From: Alphaproteobacteria bacterium
Lineage (GTDB): Bacteria > Pseudomonadota > Alphaproteobacteria > UBA9219
DNA length: 64,000 nucleotides
Reading direction: 5' to 3'
Assembly: GCA_019233975.1 (NCBI GenBank)
Contig: JAFALY010000035.1
Coordinates: forward strand, 65,819-129,818
This document shows, one piece after another, positions 1-10,295 of this stretch (positions are counted from its first letter, which is position 1; each line of letters opens with the position of its first letter). The notes below the pieces were generated by a model, which ran no database searches, was not told the DNA's origin, and worked only from the letters and a program-made list of their open reading frames with translations. The position numbers were made by a program, and so were the translations under genes.

Positions 1-1386
1 AATCGCGCGCGCAGCAAGATTGAAACTTTTGAGGACCGGCTGATCATCGACCTGTATCCGACGCTGATCGTCCTTGGCGGCAGCATGGCTTTTCTGGCGG
101 CGCAGTTTCCGGAACTCGCGCTCATCATGACCGGTTATCTGGTGCTGCTGATTATCATCAGCGCCTATTTCATCTTCAAAATATCCGGTCCCGCGCAGGG
201 TGACTATGCCGATGCGCAGGATTCGTTCGTGGCCCATCTGGCTGACAGTATCAGCGGCATCGCGACGACCAAGGCCTATGCCCAGACGGAATACGAAGTG
301 TCGCGGTTTGTGGATATGACGCAGGAACTGCTGGGCATCAACCGCCGCGCTTATTACCTCGGCAATCTGGCGGGGTTTGTGCAGCGCCTGTTGCTCAGCG
401 GCATGTTGTCGCTGCTACTGGCGGGTGGTGTGTGGTATCTGTTCCACGGCCGCGCCACGGTTGAAAACATGGCGTATTTGGCGTTTGCCTACACCATTAT
501 GGAATCGCACATGAAGCGTCTGGGGTTCCATATCAAGGACATTTTAACGTCATCCTATGACCTGCACGCCATCATCCACCTGCTGCGTGAAGAGCCGGAG
601 GCGGACGAAGAACCGCCGCTGCCCGCCCTTGCCATTGACCGTGGCGAGATTGTTTTTGACAAAGTCAGCTTTACCTATCCCGGCAAGGACAGCCCGGTTT
701 TTGATAACCTGACTGTGACCATCAAGGCGGGTGAGCGTGTCGCGCTGGTCGGCCATTCGGGCAGCGGCAAGACAACCTTTATCCGCCTATTGCAATGCCT
801 ATATCCACTACAGGGTGGGCGTATCATGGTGGACGGCCAAAATATCGCGAACGGTTCGCATGAATCACTGCGCAGCGCAATCGCGCTGGTTCCGCAGGAT
901 CCCATCTTGTTTCACCGGTCGCTTGCGGACAATATCGCTTATGCCCGACCAGAGGCCACGCAGGCGGAAATTGTCGCGGCGGCAAGCCAGGCGCACATCC
1001 AGGGTTTTATCGAACAATTGCCGCAGGGATATGACACGCTGGTGGGTGAGCGCGGCATTAAACTGTCGGGCGGTGAGCGTCAGCGCATCGCGATTGCCCG
1101 TGCCATGCTGGCGGACAGGCCTATTCTTATTCTGGATGAGGCGACCAGTTCACTTGATTCCGTCAGCGAACGCGCGATACAGGACGGGCTGCATGCCCTG
1201 ACGCAGGGGCGTACGGCGATTATGATCGCGCACCGGCTATCCACCATTTTGGATGCCGACAGGATTTTGGTGTTCGATCAGGGGCGCATTGTCGAACAGG
1301 GCACGCATGATGAACTGGTGCGTCGCGAAGGCGGTCTGTATGCGCAACTGTTCACGTTGCAATCCGGCGGGTTTATCGCGTCGTAA
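1..1386 (+). CDS. ABC transporter ATP-binding/permease protein, MsbA-like exporter (5' end lies outside the window)
   Basis: Frame 1 is open from base 1 into the listed ORF. Walker A 'GHSGSGKTT', ABC signature 'LSGGERQRIAIARA' and Walker B 'ILILDEAT' are present, with a TM-helix region upstream of the NBD. Confidence 0.85.
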   Translation, partial: NRARSKIETFEDRLIIDLYPTLIVLGGSMAFLAAQFPELALIMTGYLVLLIIISAYFIFKISGPAQGDYADAQDSFVAHLADSISGIATTKAYAQTEYEVSRFVDMTQELLGINRRAYYLGNLAGFVQRLLLSGMLSLLLAGGVWYLFHGRATVENMAYLAFAYTIMESHMKRLGFHIKDILTSSYDLHAIIHLLREEPEADEEPPLPALAIDRGEIVFDKVSFTYPGKDSPVFDNLTVTIKAGERVALVGHSGSGKTTFIRLLQCLYPLQGGRIMVDGQNIANGSHESLRSAIALVPQDPILFHRSLADNIAYARPEATQAEIVAAASQAHIQGFIEQLPQGYDTLVGERGIKLSGGERQRIAIARAMLADRPILILDEATSSLDSVSERAIQDGLHALTQGRTAIMIAHRLSTILDADRILVFDQGRIVEQGTHDELVRREGGLYAQLFTLQSGGFIAS

Positions 1387-1398
1387 CCGCGGTGTGGC

Positions 1399-2271
1399 TT
1401 ATAGGCCCTGCGCGTACAAAAGGGCGCGCAGGTCGCCATGGTTTACCTGGTCGGTGATTTCTTCGCGCACGCGCTGTTTGGCATGATAGGCCACGCCCAG
1501 CCCGCCGCGGTCGGCGCAGGTGGACAGCATGGGAATGTCGTTGGCGCCGTCACCTACCGCCGCCGCGTCCGCCAGATCAATCCGCAATTCGGAACAACCG
1601 GCGAGCAGATAATTACGCTTGGCTTCTCGATCCAGAACCGGGTGGTGCAATGTGCCCGCGATCAAGCCGTTCTGGAACGCCAGCCGGTTTGCATAAAACC
1701 GGTCGAATCCCAGACGATGTGCGACAATATCCGCAAATATGGCAAAACCACCGGTCACCAGCCAGCATCGCGCGCCGCTTTTCTTCATGCCTTCTATTAA
1801 ATCGGCAGCACCCGGGGTGAGCGTTATGCGCTTGGCGGCTTCATCCAACAGGCTGGACGGCCTGCCCGCAAACAGGGCCACGCGCGCGCTGATAGCGTCG
1901 ATGAAATCCATCTCACCGTTTATTGACCTGTAGGTGATGCTGGCCACCTCGGCGCGTACGCCCATCAGGCCCGCAACCTCGTCCAGCATTTCTTCCTGTA
2001 TGACGGTCGACTCCATATCGGCAATCAGGAACTTTTTGCGACGCCGTTCGGCATGCTGCACAAACAGGTCGCAGGGCAGGTCGGACGTCATCATCTGCAA
2101 TTTGCGCCTGACGACCTGCGTCGCGTCGGCTTCATAGAAAAAGTCATAAGCCAGACCATTGGCCTGCCGTTCGTGTCGCGTGGCGTGGCTGGCCAACGCC
2201 AGACCATCAGGGGAAAAGGCCCGTGATGTATCACTATTAGGAAAAACAAGCGTGGCGACAATCATGCACAA
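1399..2271 (-). CDS. serB: phosphoserine phosphatase SerB (HAD family)
   Basis: HAD motifs are present ('LIADMESTVI', 'GDGANDIPML'); the size and an N-terminal regulatory region are typical of SerB. Confidence 0.75.
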   Translation of the reverse strand: MCMIVATLVFPNSDTSRAFSPDGLALASHATRHERQANGLAYDFFYEADATQVVRRKLQMMTSDLPCDLFVQHAERRRKKFLIADMESTVIQEEMLDEVAGLMGVRAEVASITYRSINGEMDFIDAISARVALFAGRPSSLLDEAAKRITLTPGAADLIEGMKKSGARCWLVTGGFAIFADIVAHRLGFDRFYANRLAFQNGLIAGTLHHPVLDREAKRNYLLAGCSELRIDLADAAAVGDGANDIPMLSTCADRGGLGVAYHAKQRVREEITDQVNHGDLRALLYAQGL

Positions 2272-2454
2272 ACTTTCATGCGGATAAAGCGCGGCAATCC
2301 AACACCCCCATTATAGGGGACGCCTGTATCATGGCGCAATGACAGGTTGCGGGCTCAATATTTGCATGTATTGCCCCGCTCTGCTTCAGGCTGTTCACAA
2401 TGATGTTTATGGTTTAACTTCTGACCCGGCACGCCCGAGGTTAGTCAGTATTCC

Positions 2455-3678
2455 ATGCACCTTGTTATTCAACTTAACGAAGCGTCACGCGATGTTATGC
2501 GCGAAATTGTCGCGTCACAGGTTACGAAGCCCCTGCATGCGTTGGATGTCGTGCCGGACGGCGACCTGGAACATCACGGGTTGGACCCGTGGGTGAATTG
2601 GCTGTCTTTCTCGCTGGGGCGCGGGCTGGTCGGCCACCAATGCTACGCGCATGGTTCTGGCGTCGGGTTTAACGGACAATTTATCTGGGACAATGCCCCG
2701 CCAACCACACGGTTTGGTCTGGTAGGGGTTATGAATGTTGGTGCGGATCTGCCACGTGCGCCGGTTGATTTTTTTCTGGGTGACCCATGGACGCCCGATG
2801 CACCCGTTCAACCATCATCACTTCGTTCTTATCGCGATGCCTGGGGCTATCTCGCCAAGCATTATGGCAGCCTGTCGTTGTTGCCAACGGCGCGTGCGCT
2901 TGGATCTATCTTGCAGGCACTTCTGACAACGCGCTGGGGCAGGCGCAGTATGGCGCACGGGGCTGCGATGCTTTGCGCCATCGGACGCGTGCCGATGTCA
3001 GCCCTTGTTTTTGCTTTCTATGACTGGACGCTGGTTGAGATATTCATGGCCCAATGCCGCCGGCATAAAATCGACAGGGGCGTGGTTTTCCTCAACGGCA
3101 TTGCGCATTTCCAGCATAGTTACTGGGATTCTGCGGCGGGTAATAACTTTATCACGCGCACCTACCGCGCGATGATGGTGCGCTTGCTTAAGGGGCTGGA
3201 TGTTCAACGGCTGGACATCCTGAATGGGCTGGAACAACAGCGGTCCGGTCAGGTCTTTGTCTGGCGACAGAAAGATCCGGCCGCCTTCTTCCGGCATTTC
3301 TTTCCCGGCCTGTCGCGGCGCGTTGAACAGGGAATGACAAACGACACGACCCTGATGTTTGATAGCGCCGATGACAAAGCGCGTTTTGACACGGAATTGC
3401 GCCGTTACACTGTGTTACAACAACCCCTGTTGCACATCGAAGACGCGCAGGATGCAAGTGTCAGTGTGCGCGTCCACATAACGCAGGCGGCGTCCAGCGC
3501 ATGGATCCTGCGCGACGGGCAGCCATGGGTTCCATTCGAGGACTGGTTCTATGTCTATCGCGTGCGGACGGGTGAGCATGTGAAGAAATGTTATTGGCTG
3601 TCCACTGAGGCGTACCAGATGACAAACCCCTCGATCGCGGAAGTTGGGCGTTTAATTTTGGGCGTGTCGTCAGTATAG
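2455..3678 (+). CDS. hypothetical protein, 407 aa, no recognisable motif
   Basis: Long ORF with GC3-rich codon usage, co-oriented with and 27 nt upstream of the flippase-like gene. The start is uncertain (alternative ATG at 2497). Confidence 0.45.
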   Translation: MHLVIQLNEASRDVMREIVASQVTKPLHALDVVPDGDLEHHGLDPWVNWLSFSLGRGLVGHQCYAHGSGVGFNGQFIWDNAPPTTRFGLVGVMNVGADLPRAPVDFFLGDPWTPDAPVQPSSLRSYRDAWGYLAKHYGSLSLLPTARALGSILQALLTTRWGRRSMAHGAAMLCAIGRVPMSALVFAFYDWTLVEIFMAQCRRHKIDRGVVFLNGIAHFQHSYWDSAAGNNFITRTYRAMMVRLLKGLDVQRLDILNGLEQQRSGQVFVWRQKDPAAFFRHFFPGLSRRVEQGMTNDTTLMFDSADDKARFDTELRRYTVLQQPLLHIEDAQDASVSVRVHITQAASSAWILRDGQPWVPFEDWFYVYRVRTGEHVKKCYWLSTEAYQMTNPSIAEVGRLILGVSSV

Positions 3679-3704
3679 ATTTCAGGCTTTCAGGAACCCG
3701 CGTT

Positions 3705-4673
3705 ATGACAGATGTCACCTCACCACCGCCTGCAAAGAAACGCCCTTTCGGCAAGTTTTTTCTGATTTTTAAAATCGGCCTGTCGCTGGGGTTGCTGGCT
3801 TATCTGCTGCGCACCATGCCGTTTGCAACCCTGCCATGGGAACGCATGGACCCTGTCTCCATGTTGGTGGCGATGGCGGTTTTGCTGCCGCAACCGTGGC
3901 TGGCGGGGCTACGCTGGGGCATGATTATGCGCGGCATGGGGTTGTCGATCACCTTGCCTGTGGCCATGAAAACTTATTTAGCGGGCATTTTCTTTAATGC
4001 CTTTCTTCCGGCATCTGTCGGCGGTGACGCCGTGCGCGCCTGGTATGCGACGCGACAAGGTTTGCCGGTTCAGCCAGTACTGCAAAGCGTGCTGGCTGAC
4101 AGGTTGATGGCCTTGGTCGCACTGCTGCTCATGATTATCGGCGGGTTGCCGTGGGCGTGGAATCTGGTGCAGGACAGGCATGTTGTGCTGACGCTGGCCT
4201 GTTTGGCTGTGGCGGGGATTGGCGGCCTGATATTCATTGCCTTTGCGGGTTATGGCGCGCGCCAATGGCCGGGGCAGGCATGGGCCAGAATGTTGGGATG
4301 GCTGGCCGGGGCGGTCAGCAGTTTTGCAGGCAAGCCTGCGGTTGCCCTGCGTGGGTTTCCCATCTGCTTTGCCATTCATGTGCAAAGCTGTGTCGCTGTT
4401 ATGTGGATTGCGCGCGCGTTTGGTGCTGATGTGCCGTGGCAGGACGCATTGATCCTTGTGCCGCCGGTTGTGCTGGCGCTTTCCTTGCCGGTGTCGCTCG
4501 GCGGCTGGGGGATGCGCGAAGCCGCCATGGTCGCGGCGTTGGCCAGCATTCATGTGCCGCAAGAGGTCGCGTTTGCAACGGCGCTTTGCTTTGGCATCGT
4601 CTCCGTCCTGACAACGCTGCCGGGGTTGTATTTCTGGCTGACGGCGCGTCATGCGCTGCGCGGCGGGGCTTAA
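3705..4673 (+). CDS. flippase-like integral membrane protein (UPF0104 / lysylphosphatidylglycerol-synthase TM-region family)
   Basis: About 8 predicted TM helices in 322 aa and a 'GGDAVRAWY' segment typical of this family. An AGGAA ribosome-binding site sits upstream of the ATG. The stop overlaps the convergent GT2 gene by 4 nt. Confidence 0.6.
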   Translation: MTDVTSPPPAKKRPFGKFFLIFKIGLSLGLLAYLLRTMPFATLPWERMDPVSMLVAMAVLLPQPWLAGLRWGMIMRGMGLSITLPVAMKTYLAGIFFNAFLPASVGGDAVRAWYATRQGLPVQPVLQSVLADRLMALVALLLMIIGGLPWAWNLVQDRHVVLTLACLAVAGIGGLIFIAFAGYGARQWPGQAWARMLGWLAGAVSSFAGKPAVALRGFPICFAIHVQSCVAVMWIARAFGADVPWQDALILVPPVVLALSLPVSLGGWGMREAAMVAALASIHVPQEVAFATALCFGIVSVLTTLPGLYFWLTARHALRGGA

Positions 4674-5434
4674 CGTTTCGTTGTCGTGTATTGCAGGCAA
4701 CGCAAAGCGGGCTTGAGGATACAGGCCAGCAACAGCGACCGCATCACAAAGCGAAAACCCTGCCATGTCGTCGACCGTATGGCGGATGTATGGTCTTCAT
4801 AAGATACGGTACAGGGAACCTCGCCCTTCTTCAGTCGCAAATAGGTCGACCAGAAAGAGAAATCGAGGTCGAACCCAAACCGGCTTTGGCACAACCAGAC
4901 GATTTTATAGCAGGGAAATACCTTGTAGCATTTGAACCCGGCCAACGGGTCCGTGATGGTTTCCCCCCACAAACGCGTCAGGTATTTCAAAAGAATATTG
5001 CCGTATTTACGGTTCAACGGCATGGTGCCGCGCATGCGTGACGGATCTTTGGAGCCTGCGACAACATCCAGATCCTTTTCCGTACAGAGGGTGATCAGGC
5101 GTGGCACATCGTCAAAACTACGCTGCAGATCGCCCGGGAAAATGCACAGATAGTCGTATTGTTGCAGGCGCGCCTGTTCAAACACATGTTTCACCAACCC
5201 GCCATAACCGCGATTGATGTCCGGTGTCTCGAGCGGGCATAGGCCCTGAAGCGTGTTACGCAATATGTTGGCGCTGTCATCCCGAGAGGCGTCATCGAAA
5301 ACGGTAACGCAAATCTCGTGCGCTGCATCCGCGTGCTGTGCCTCTAAAAAGGTACGTATGCCCGCGCACAGGCGGTCGATTTTCGAAGCGGTATTGTAAA
5401 CCAGAATGGCAACAAGAATGCGGGGTTTTGTCAT
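4670..5434 (-). CDS. family 2 glycosyltransferase, polyprenyl-phosphate sugar synthase-like (DPM1/GtrB/ArnC-type)
   Basis: GT2 N-terminus 'ILVAILVYNTASKIDRL', 'VFDDASRDDS' and a DxD-like 'FPGDLQ'. A soluble GT2 of 254 aa is typical of GtrB/DPM1-like enzymes. Confidence 0.7.
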   Translation of the reverse strand: MTKPRILVAILVYNTASKIDRLCAGIRTFLEAQHADAAHEICVTVFDDASRDDSANILRNTLQGLCPLETPDINRGYGGLVKHVFEQARLQQYDYLCIFPGDLQRSFDDVPRLITLCTEKDLDVVAGSKDPSRMRGTMPLNRKYGNILLKYLTRLWGETITDPLAGFKCYKVFPCYKIVWLCQSRFGFDLDFSFWSTYLRLKKGEVPCTVSYEDHTSAIRSTTWQGFRFVMRSLLLACILKPALRCLQYTTTKR

Positions 5435-5599
5435 GATACCGGCGCGGGTGATGGAGGCCCCACCATACCAAGCCCGTCGGGCTTAGGGAAGCAGCCCTGC
5501 GTCAGAAAAAGTTTGTTATTTGGGGCAAAGCCGCTATCGTGACGGCAGGCCTGCATCGCCGGTTTTGACAAGCGTCATATAGGAAGTGGGAAGCCGCCT

Positions 5600-6562
5600 A
5601 TGCAACAGGGCAACAAAATATTGCGGGACTGGGACAAGGTCGTTCGCTTTCCGGCGGGGCAGGTTGGTGCCGATGCGCGCTATCAGGCAGAGACGGAAGT
5701 GCGCGATTATCTGGCGCGCGTGCCATCCCTTGACTCGCTCGCGCGGCACAAACCGCATTTGCTGCTACCCTCCCTTTACCGCCTGTCCCAAAGCGAAGAG
5801 ATTTTAAAAGGCGTGCGCGACTTTCTGGGCACCGATGCGTTTTTCCTTTGGTATTCTGTGCTGTTCGTTAAACAAAAACAGACCGAAGGGTATATTCCCT
5901 GGCATTATGATGATTATTTCTGGGGCCTGCAGGCTGAAAACGGATGCACGGCCTGGGTTGCGCTGAACGATGTGACGATTGAAAACGGGGCGATGGAATT
6001 TGCGAACGAAGAACCTGACGCGGCTTCCATGTTCGTTCAGTATCAGCAGCAAAACATGCTGGTGCGCGGCAATAACTCGACCTTTGAACCTGCGCCGGAT
6101 GAGGAAATCAAGATCATCGCGTTAAAGGCAGGCGAATATTCCGTGCATTCCAACAAAGCATGGCATCGCAGTGGTCCCAACCGTTCAGCACAGGACAGGC
6201 TGGCGGTCGCTTTTCGTTTTGTGACGGCGGATGCGCAGCCGGAGACGTTTCGCTGGATCAAGCGTGGCGGTGTGCCGCGCGCGGGGCGCGCCCTGCCGCC
6301 TGCTTTTTATGCCGAGCAATGCCCACCACGCGCCCTTTTACCGGGCCAAAGCTGGCAGCAGAAAAAGAGCATGCTAATTGCGGCGTTTCTGACATGCTTT
6401 GGCGACACGCATCGCACTTTCTGGCAGAAACTGGGTGATTTTCTGGCTATGTCCAAGGCAACGCGGTCTTATAAACTTCTGGGCCGTTTGGTTGAAATTA
6501 TGGGGGGCAGGGGTGTCGCATCCGGCGCCAACCGCCCCGTCAAAGACGTCAACAGTGGTTAG
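5600..6562 (+). CDS. phytanoyl-CoA dioxygenase (PhyH) family Fe(II)/2-oxoglutarate-dependent oxygenase
   Basis: 'WHYDDYFW', 'TAWVALNDVTIENGAMEF' and 'HSNKAWHRSGPN' match the PhyH-fold His/Asp/His triad pattern. Confidence 0.6.
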   Translation: MQQGNKILRDWDKVVRFPAGQVGADARYQAETEVRDYLARVPSLDSLARHKPHLLLPSLYRLSQSEEILKGVRDFLGTDAFFLWYSVLFVKQKQTEGYIPWHYDDYFWGLQAENGCTAWVALNDVTIENGAMEFANEEPDAASMFVQYQQQNMLVRGNNSTFEPAPDEEIKIIALKAGEYSVHSNKAWHRSGPNRSAQDRLAVAFRFVTADAQPETFRWIKRGGVPRAGRALPPAFYAEQCPPRALLPGQSWQQKKSMLIAAFLTCFGDTHRTFWQKLGDFLAMSKATRSYKLLGRLVEIMGGRGVASGANRPVKDVNSG

Positions 6563-6565
6563 CAC

Positions 6566-7282
6566 ATGAAAATATTCGTCGTCGGTGGTGGTTCCGGTTT
6601 TGGTTGTACGCTGGTGCGGGCGGCACTGGCTGCCGGTCATCAGGTTGCTTACTCAACCTCGTCTGCCACAGATGCGTTTGACGGTCAGACAGACCTGGCC
6701 GTAACCGGTTGCGACTTGACGCAGTCCGGTCAGGTTGATGTGCTGTCAGACGCCATTCGTGGTTTTGCGCCAGACCGGCTGGTTTTGTGTATGATAAAGA
6801 CGCATTACCGTCCCATGGCAGAGCAGACCGCTACATCGATCGACGAAGAAGTCACCTTTAACGTTGCCGTGCCGATAACGCTTGCGAACGCCTATGCCGC
6901 GTGTCGTCCGGACGGCAGTATGACCTTTATGCTCAGCCATATCTGCTTTTTATACAATCCGGGATTTGCGCTGTATAAGGCGGGTAAGGACGCGCTCGAC
7001 AGTTTCGCCAAATCTCTGCAATTCGAATATCCGCGCTTGAAAGTGCTGCGTGTTTATCCTGGCGCTATGCGCACGGGATTTGTCACGAACACCGGCTATG
7101 CCGGCGCCAAGGTTTTTCCGGCGGCGGAGCCTGCGCTCTGGGCCGCGCGTGTGTTGTCGAGGGACAGCGGTGTAATGATGGCGGTGCGGGATATACCGTT
7201 TCTTATCATGACGCGTCTGTTGCCATTCCGGCTGCAGAAAATCCTGTTCCAAATCATCTTCGGCTTATTGCGGCGGAAATAA
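6566..7282 (+). CDS. short-chain dehydrogenase/reductase (SDR) family protein
   Basis: Rossmann 'VVGGGSGFG' and catalytic 'YKAGK' (YxxxK). The start lies 4 nt after the PhyH stop, so the two are probably co-transcribed. Confidence 0.6.
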   Translation: MKIFVVGGGSGFGCTLVRAALAAGHQVAYSTSSATDAFDGQTDLAVTGCDLTQSGQVDVLSDAIRGFAPDRLVLCMIKTHYRPMAEQTATSIDEEVTFNVAVPITLANAYAACRPDGSMTFMLSHICFLYNPGFALYKAGKDALDSFAKSLQFEYPRLKVLRVYPGAMRTGFVTNTGYAGAKVFPAAEPALWAARVLSRDSGVMMAVRDIPFLIMTRLLPFRLQKILFQIIFGLLRRK

Positions 7283-7284
7283 CA

Positions 7285-9369
7285 ATGAACCTGGCTTTGT
7301 GGCGGACGCAATTGGAACGCTGGCTGGTTCCCGGCTTGCTGGCCGTGTCGGTCGTTGTGTTGCTGGTGGGTGTGTTCGGCCCGTTTGCGCGCATGAACTT
7401 ATGGCTCATCTGGCAGGTGGGGCAGGTGGCCACCATCGGTTTTACCGCTGTGGCGCTTTGCGGATTGTATTACCTTGGTACAGGTAAATTATCACAACCG
7501 GTCCTGTGGGGCTTGGCTGGCGTAACCGGCTTTGGCCTGCTGGCGCTGCTGCTTGGCTGGTTGCCGGTTGTGGCGGCGCTGCTGGTGTTTTTGTGCTGCT
7601 TCAGTGTTGGGCAAATTACCTTTTACCTCACGCGCTGTACGCAGCCTGCGCTGCTGGATGGATTGTGCGTCGGTATCGGTGTGACGATCCTTATCCTGAC
7701 GGCGGGCAGCATTGCGCATATCAATATGCCCTTGTTGTACCGGGTTTTGCTGATCGTACCCGCCCTGTTGGTTCTGCTGGCCCCCGCATTGCAGACAGGA
7801 TGGATGGGCGCAGGACCGCTTGCGACCACACCACACAATACTGCCCCCTTTGTCTATGCCGATTTCATTCTGGGCGTCATGATTGTAGGCGGGTTTCTGT
7901 TTTACGCCGCCAGTAGTGCGTTGCCAGAAGTTTCGTGGGACGGGCAGGTAATGCACCTGCTGGTGCCGAACCAGATTTTGATGCGCGGCCATTGGTCGTT
8001 CGATCAGACACTCTATTCTTTTGCGCCGTGGCCGCTTGGCGCTGACTACCTGTTCGGTATGGCGATGCTGGTTGGTGGCGAGGCGGCCGCGAAATGTTTT
8101 AATCTACTGACTTTTTTTATATTGGTGGCGCAGCTGTACGGTTTTGTAAACCGCCGTTATGGTGCGCAGGCGGCGCTGATGGCGGCGGCATTGCTGGTCA
8201 GTATGCCGTTGGCGCTTGTCGTGACATTTTCCCTTTTCGTTGAAAACATGTTGGCACTGTTGACGCTGACAGCCATGCGTTTGCTGGCTGGCGCTGATGA
8301 ACAGGAACCGCGCACAGCCTTGGTTAGCCTCGCCATCCTGCTGGGTGCGCTGGCTGCCGTTAAAATGCACGGGGCGTTTCTGGATGCGTTTTTTCTTCCG
8401 GCACTGGCGCTGACGCCGTTCTGGAAAAAAGCATCGGCCAAGACATGGCGCATGGTCGCGGTTGTGGCTGTGGTCGCAGCCTTTTTGGGACTTCTGACGT
8501 ATTTTTATGCCTGGGTGAAAACGGGCAATCCGATTTTCATGTTCAAGAATTCGTTCTTTCGTTCGCCTTATTGGGCGCCAACGGACTGGCTCGATACACG
8601 CTGGATGGGCAAGCTTTCGTGGTCGCTGCTGTACGGCATGACGTTCAGAAGCCAGGATTATACCGAGGCCCTGCCCGGCACGATTGGCTTTGGTTTTATT
8701 GCGCTCTTGCTGCCGGGGTTGGCGGCACTGCTGATCCGGCCTGACCGTCGCGACCGCGGGATGTTGATCGTCACCGCGGGCTTTTTAACCTTCATGTTGT
8801 CGCAGACGCAATATATCCGTTACCTTTATGCCGCCGTGCCTGCCCTGATTTTCATCAGTGTTGCCGGTGTGTGTCGTGTGCAGGAAATACCGCGCCTGCG
8901 TTTGCCTGCGATATTGCTGGTGATCGCGCTGGCCGGTTTTGGTTGCTATAAATGGCCGGCAGGTAGCTGGATTGTGCGCAATAATAATTTTGCCGGTATC
9001 TGGAACGCGGAGATCCGTGCGCAGAATATGTTGTCCATATCGCCCGAACGCGTGGCCAATGATGTCATTAATGCGTCGGGTGTGCATGATCCCCGCGTGA
9101 TCTATGGCACGCAACCCTTTGGCGGCAGCCTGAACGGCGCGCCGCTTTATACCGACTGGTATAACTACACGCTGCATAAAGCGTTGGATGAGGCGGTCGA
9201 TGAAACGCAGATTGCCACCATTCTACGTGACGCGCATCCGGATTTTCTGATCACAAACGATAAGTCGAACGAAGCGATTTATCACAAACTGTCCGGCTAT
9301 GCGCGGGCGCATTTTTCCCCCTATGCCACCGTTGGTAATTTGTCAGTATATCGCTTTAGCGGACCCTAA
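7285..9369 (+). CDS. large polytopic membrane protein with a C-terminal soluble domain, GT-C-like (ArnT/PMT-type) glycosyltransferase candidate
   Basis: The 694-aa protein has about 14 hydrophobic helices in the first ~520 aa followed by a ~170-aa hydrophilic domain. The start is 3 nt after the SDR stop. GT-C is proposed from architecture only. Confidence 0.45.
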   Translation: MNLALWRTQLERWLVPGLLAVSVVVLLVGVFGPFARMNLWLIWQVGQVATIGFTAVALCGLYYLGTGKLSQPVLWGLAGVTGFGLLALLLGWLPVVAALLVFLCCFSVGQITFYLTRCTQPALLDGLCVGIGVTILILTAGSIAHINMPLLYRVLLIVPALLVLLAPALQTGWMGAGPLATTPHNTAPFVYADFILGVMIVGGFLFYAASSALPEVSWDGQVMHLLVPNQILMRGHWSFDQTLYSFAPWPLGADYLFGMAMLVGGEAAAKCFNLLTFFILVAQLYGFVNRRYGAQAALMAAALLVSMPLALVVTFSLFVENMLALLTLTAMRLLAGADEQEPRTALVSLAILLGALAAVKMHGAFLDAFFLPALALTPFWKKASAKTWRMVAVVAVVAAFLGLLTYFYAWVKTGNPIFMFKNSFFRSPYWAPTDWLDTRWMGKLSWSLLYGMTFRSQDYTEALPGTIGFGFIALLLPGLAALLIRPDRRDRGMLIVTAGFLTFMLSQTQYIRYLYAAVPALIFISVAGVCRVQEIPRLRLPAILLVIALAGFGCYKWPAGSWIVRNNNFAGIWNAEIRAQNMLSISPERVANDVINASGVHDPRVIYGTQPFGGSLNGAPLYTDWYNYTLHKALDEAVDETQIATILRDAHPDFLITNDKSNEAIYHKLSGYARAHFSPYATVGNLSVYRFSGP

Positions 9370-10205
9370 ACCGTTCGGCGATAAGGCGATACAGGGTAAA
9401 CGCCCAGGACGCGCACATGGTCGGCGTGATGCTTCATGTCGTCCAAGGCGCGGGCGAGCGCGGGCTGTGCGGGGTGTCCTTCAACTTCGCACAGGAACTG
9501 GGTCGCGACAAATTGCCCGCCCAGCATATAGCTTTCCAGTTTGGTCATGTTAATGCCGTTGGTCGCCAGACCGACCATGGCGGAAAACAGCGCGGCAGGC
9601 TTGTTTTTAACGCGGAAAAGGAAGCTGGTCATAATATCGGGCGCATCTGGCGCGGGCCATGCCGGTTCCCGGGCCGCGATATAAAAGCGTGTCGTGTTGT
9701 GCGCTTCGTCTTCGACATTCCGGCGCAAAACGGAAAGCCCGTAAATATCCGCCGCCAGTTCGGACGCGATGGCGGCGTGTGCCTTGTCGTTCATCTCTGC
9801 CACATGTTTGGCGGATAGGGCTGTGTCGCTTTCTGCAACTTCTTGCAGCTTTAATTCAGCAATGACGCGTCTGACCTGCCCCAGCGCGACATCCTGTGAA
9901 TGTGCAAAACGCAGGTCGGCAAGCGTGGCACCGCGCGGGGCCATCAGGCAATGCTCGACACGCTGAAAATGCTCGCCGATAATGTGCAAACCACTGTCCG
10001 GCAACAGTTGATGAATACCGCCAACGCGCCCGTACAGGCTGTTTTCACAGGGCAACAGGCCGTGGTCGACATCGCCGTTTTGCAGCGCGCCGATCAACGC
10101 GTCAAAATTCGGGGTAGGGATACGTTCGGCGTCGGGGAAGGCATGACGAACGGCAAGGTCGGAATAGGAGCCGGGATTACCCTGATAAGCAACGCGTAAG
10201 GACAT
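9366..10205 (-). CDS. pheA: prephenate dehydratase
   Basis: 'VAYQGNPGSYSD' and 'LPCENSLYGRV' PDT motifs with a C-terminal ACT domain. The start was moved to an internal ATG preceded by GGAGGAGAAACC. Confidence 0.85.
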   Translation of the reverse strand: MSLRVAYQGNPGSYSDLAVRHAFPDAERIPTPNFDALIGALQNGDVDHGLLPCENSLYGRVGGIHQLLPDSGLHIIGEHFQRVEHCLMAPRGATLADLRFAHSQDVALGQVRRVIAELKLQEVAESDTALSAKHVAEMNDKAHAAIASELAADIYGLSVLRRNVEDEAHNTTRFYIAAREPAWPAPDAPDIMTSFLFRVKNKPAALFSAMVGLATNGINMTKLESYMLGGQFVATQFLCEVEGHPAQPALARALDDMKHHADHVRVLGVYPVSPYRRTV

Positions 10206-10295
10206 GATGGTTTCTCCTCCATCACTCGTCGCATGAAACGGAAAACTTGGCAATCACTGCTTGGTGTCGCGGCGCGGCGATGATATACAAAACCC

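Noticed and set aside
3978-4766. 262-aa minus-strand ORF antisense to the flippase-like gene
   Set aside because: Extremely Arg/Gln/His-rich with no hydrophobic structure; a shadow ORF.
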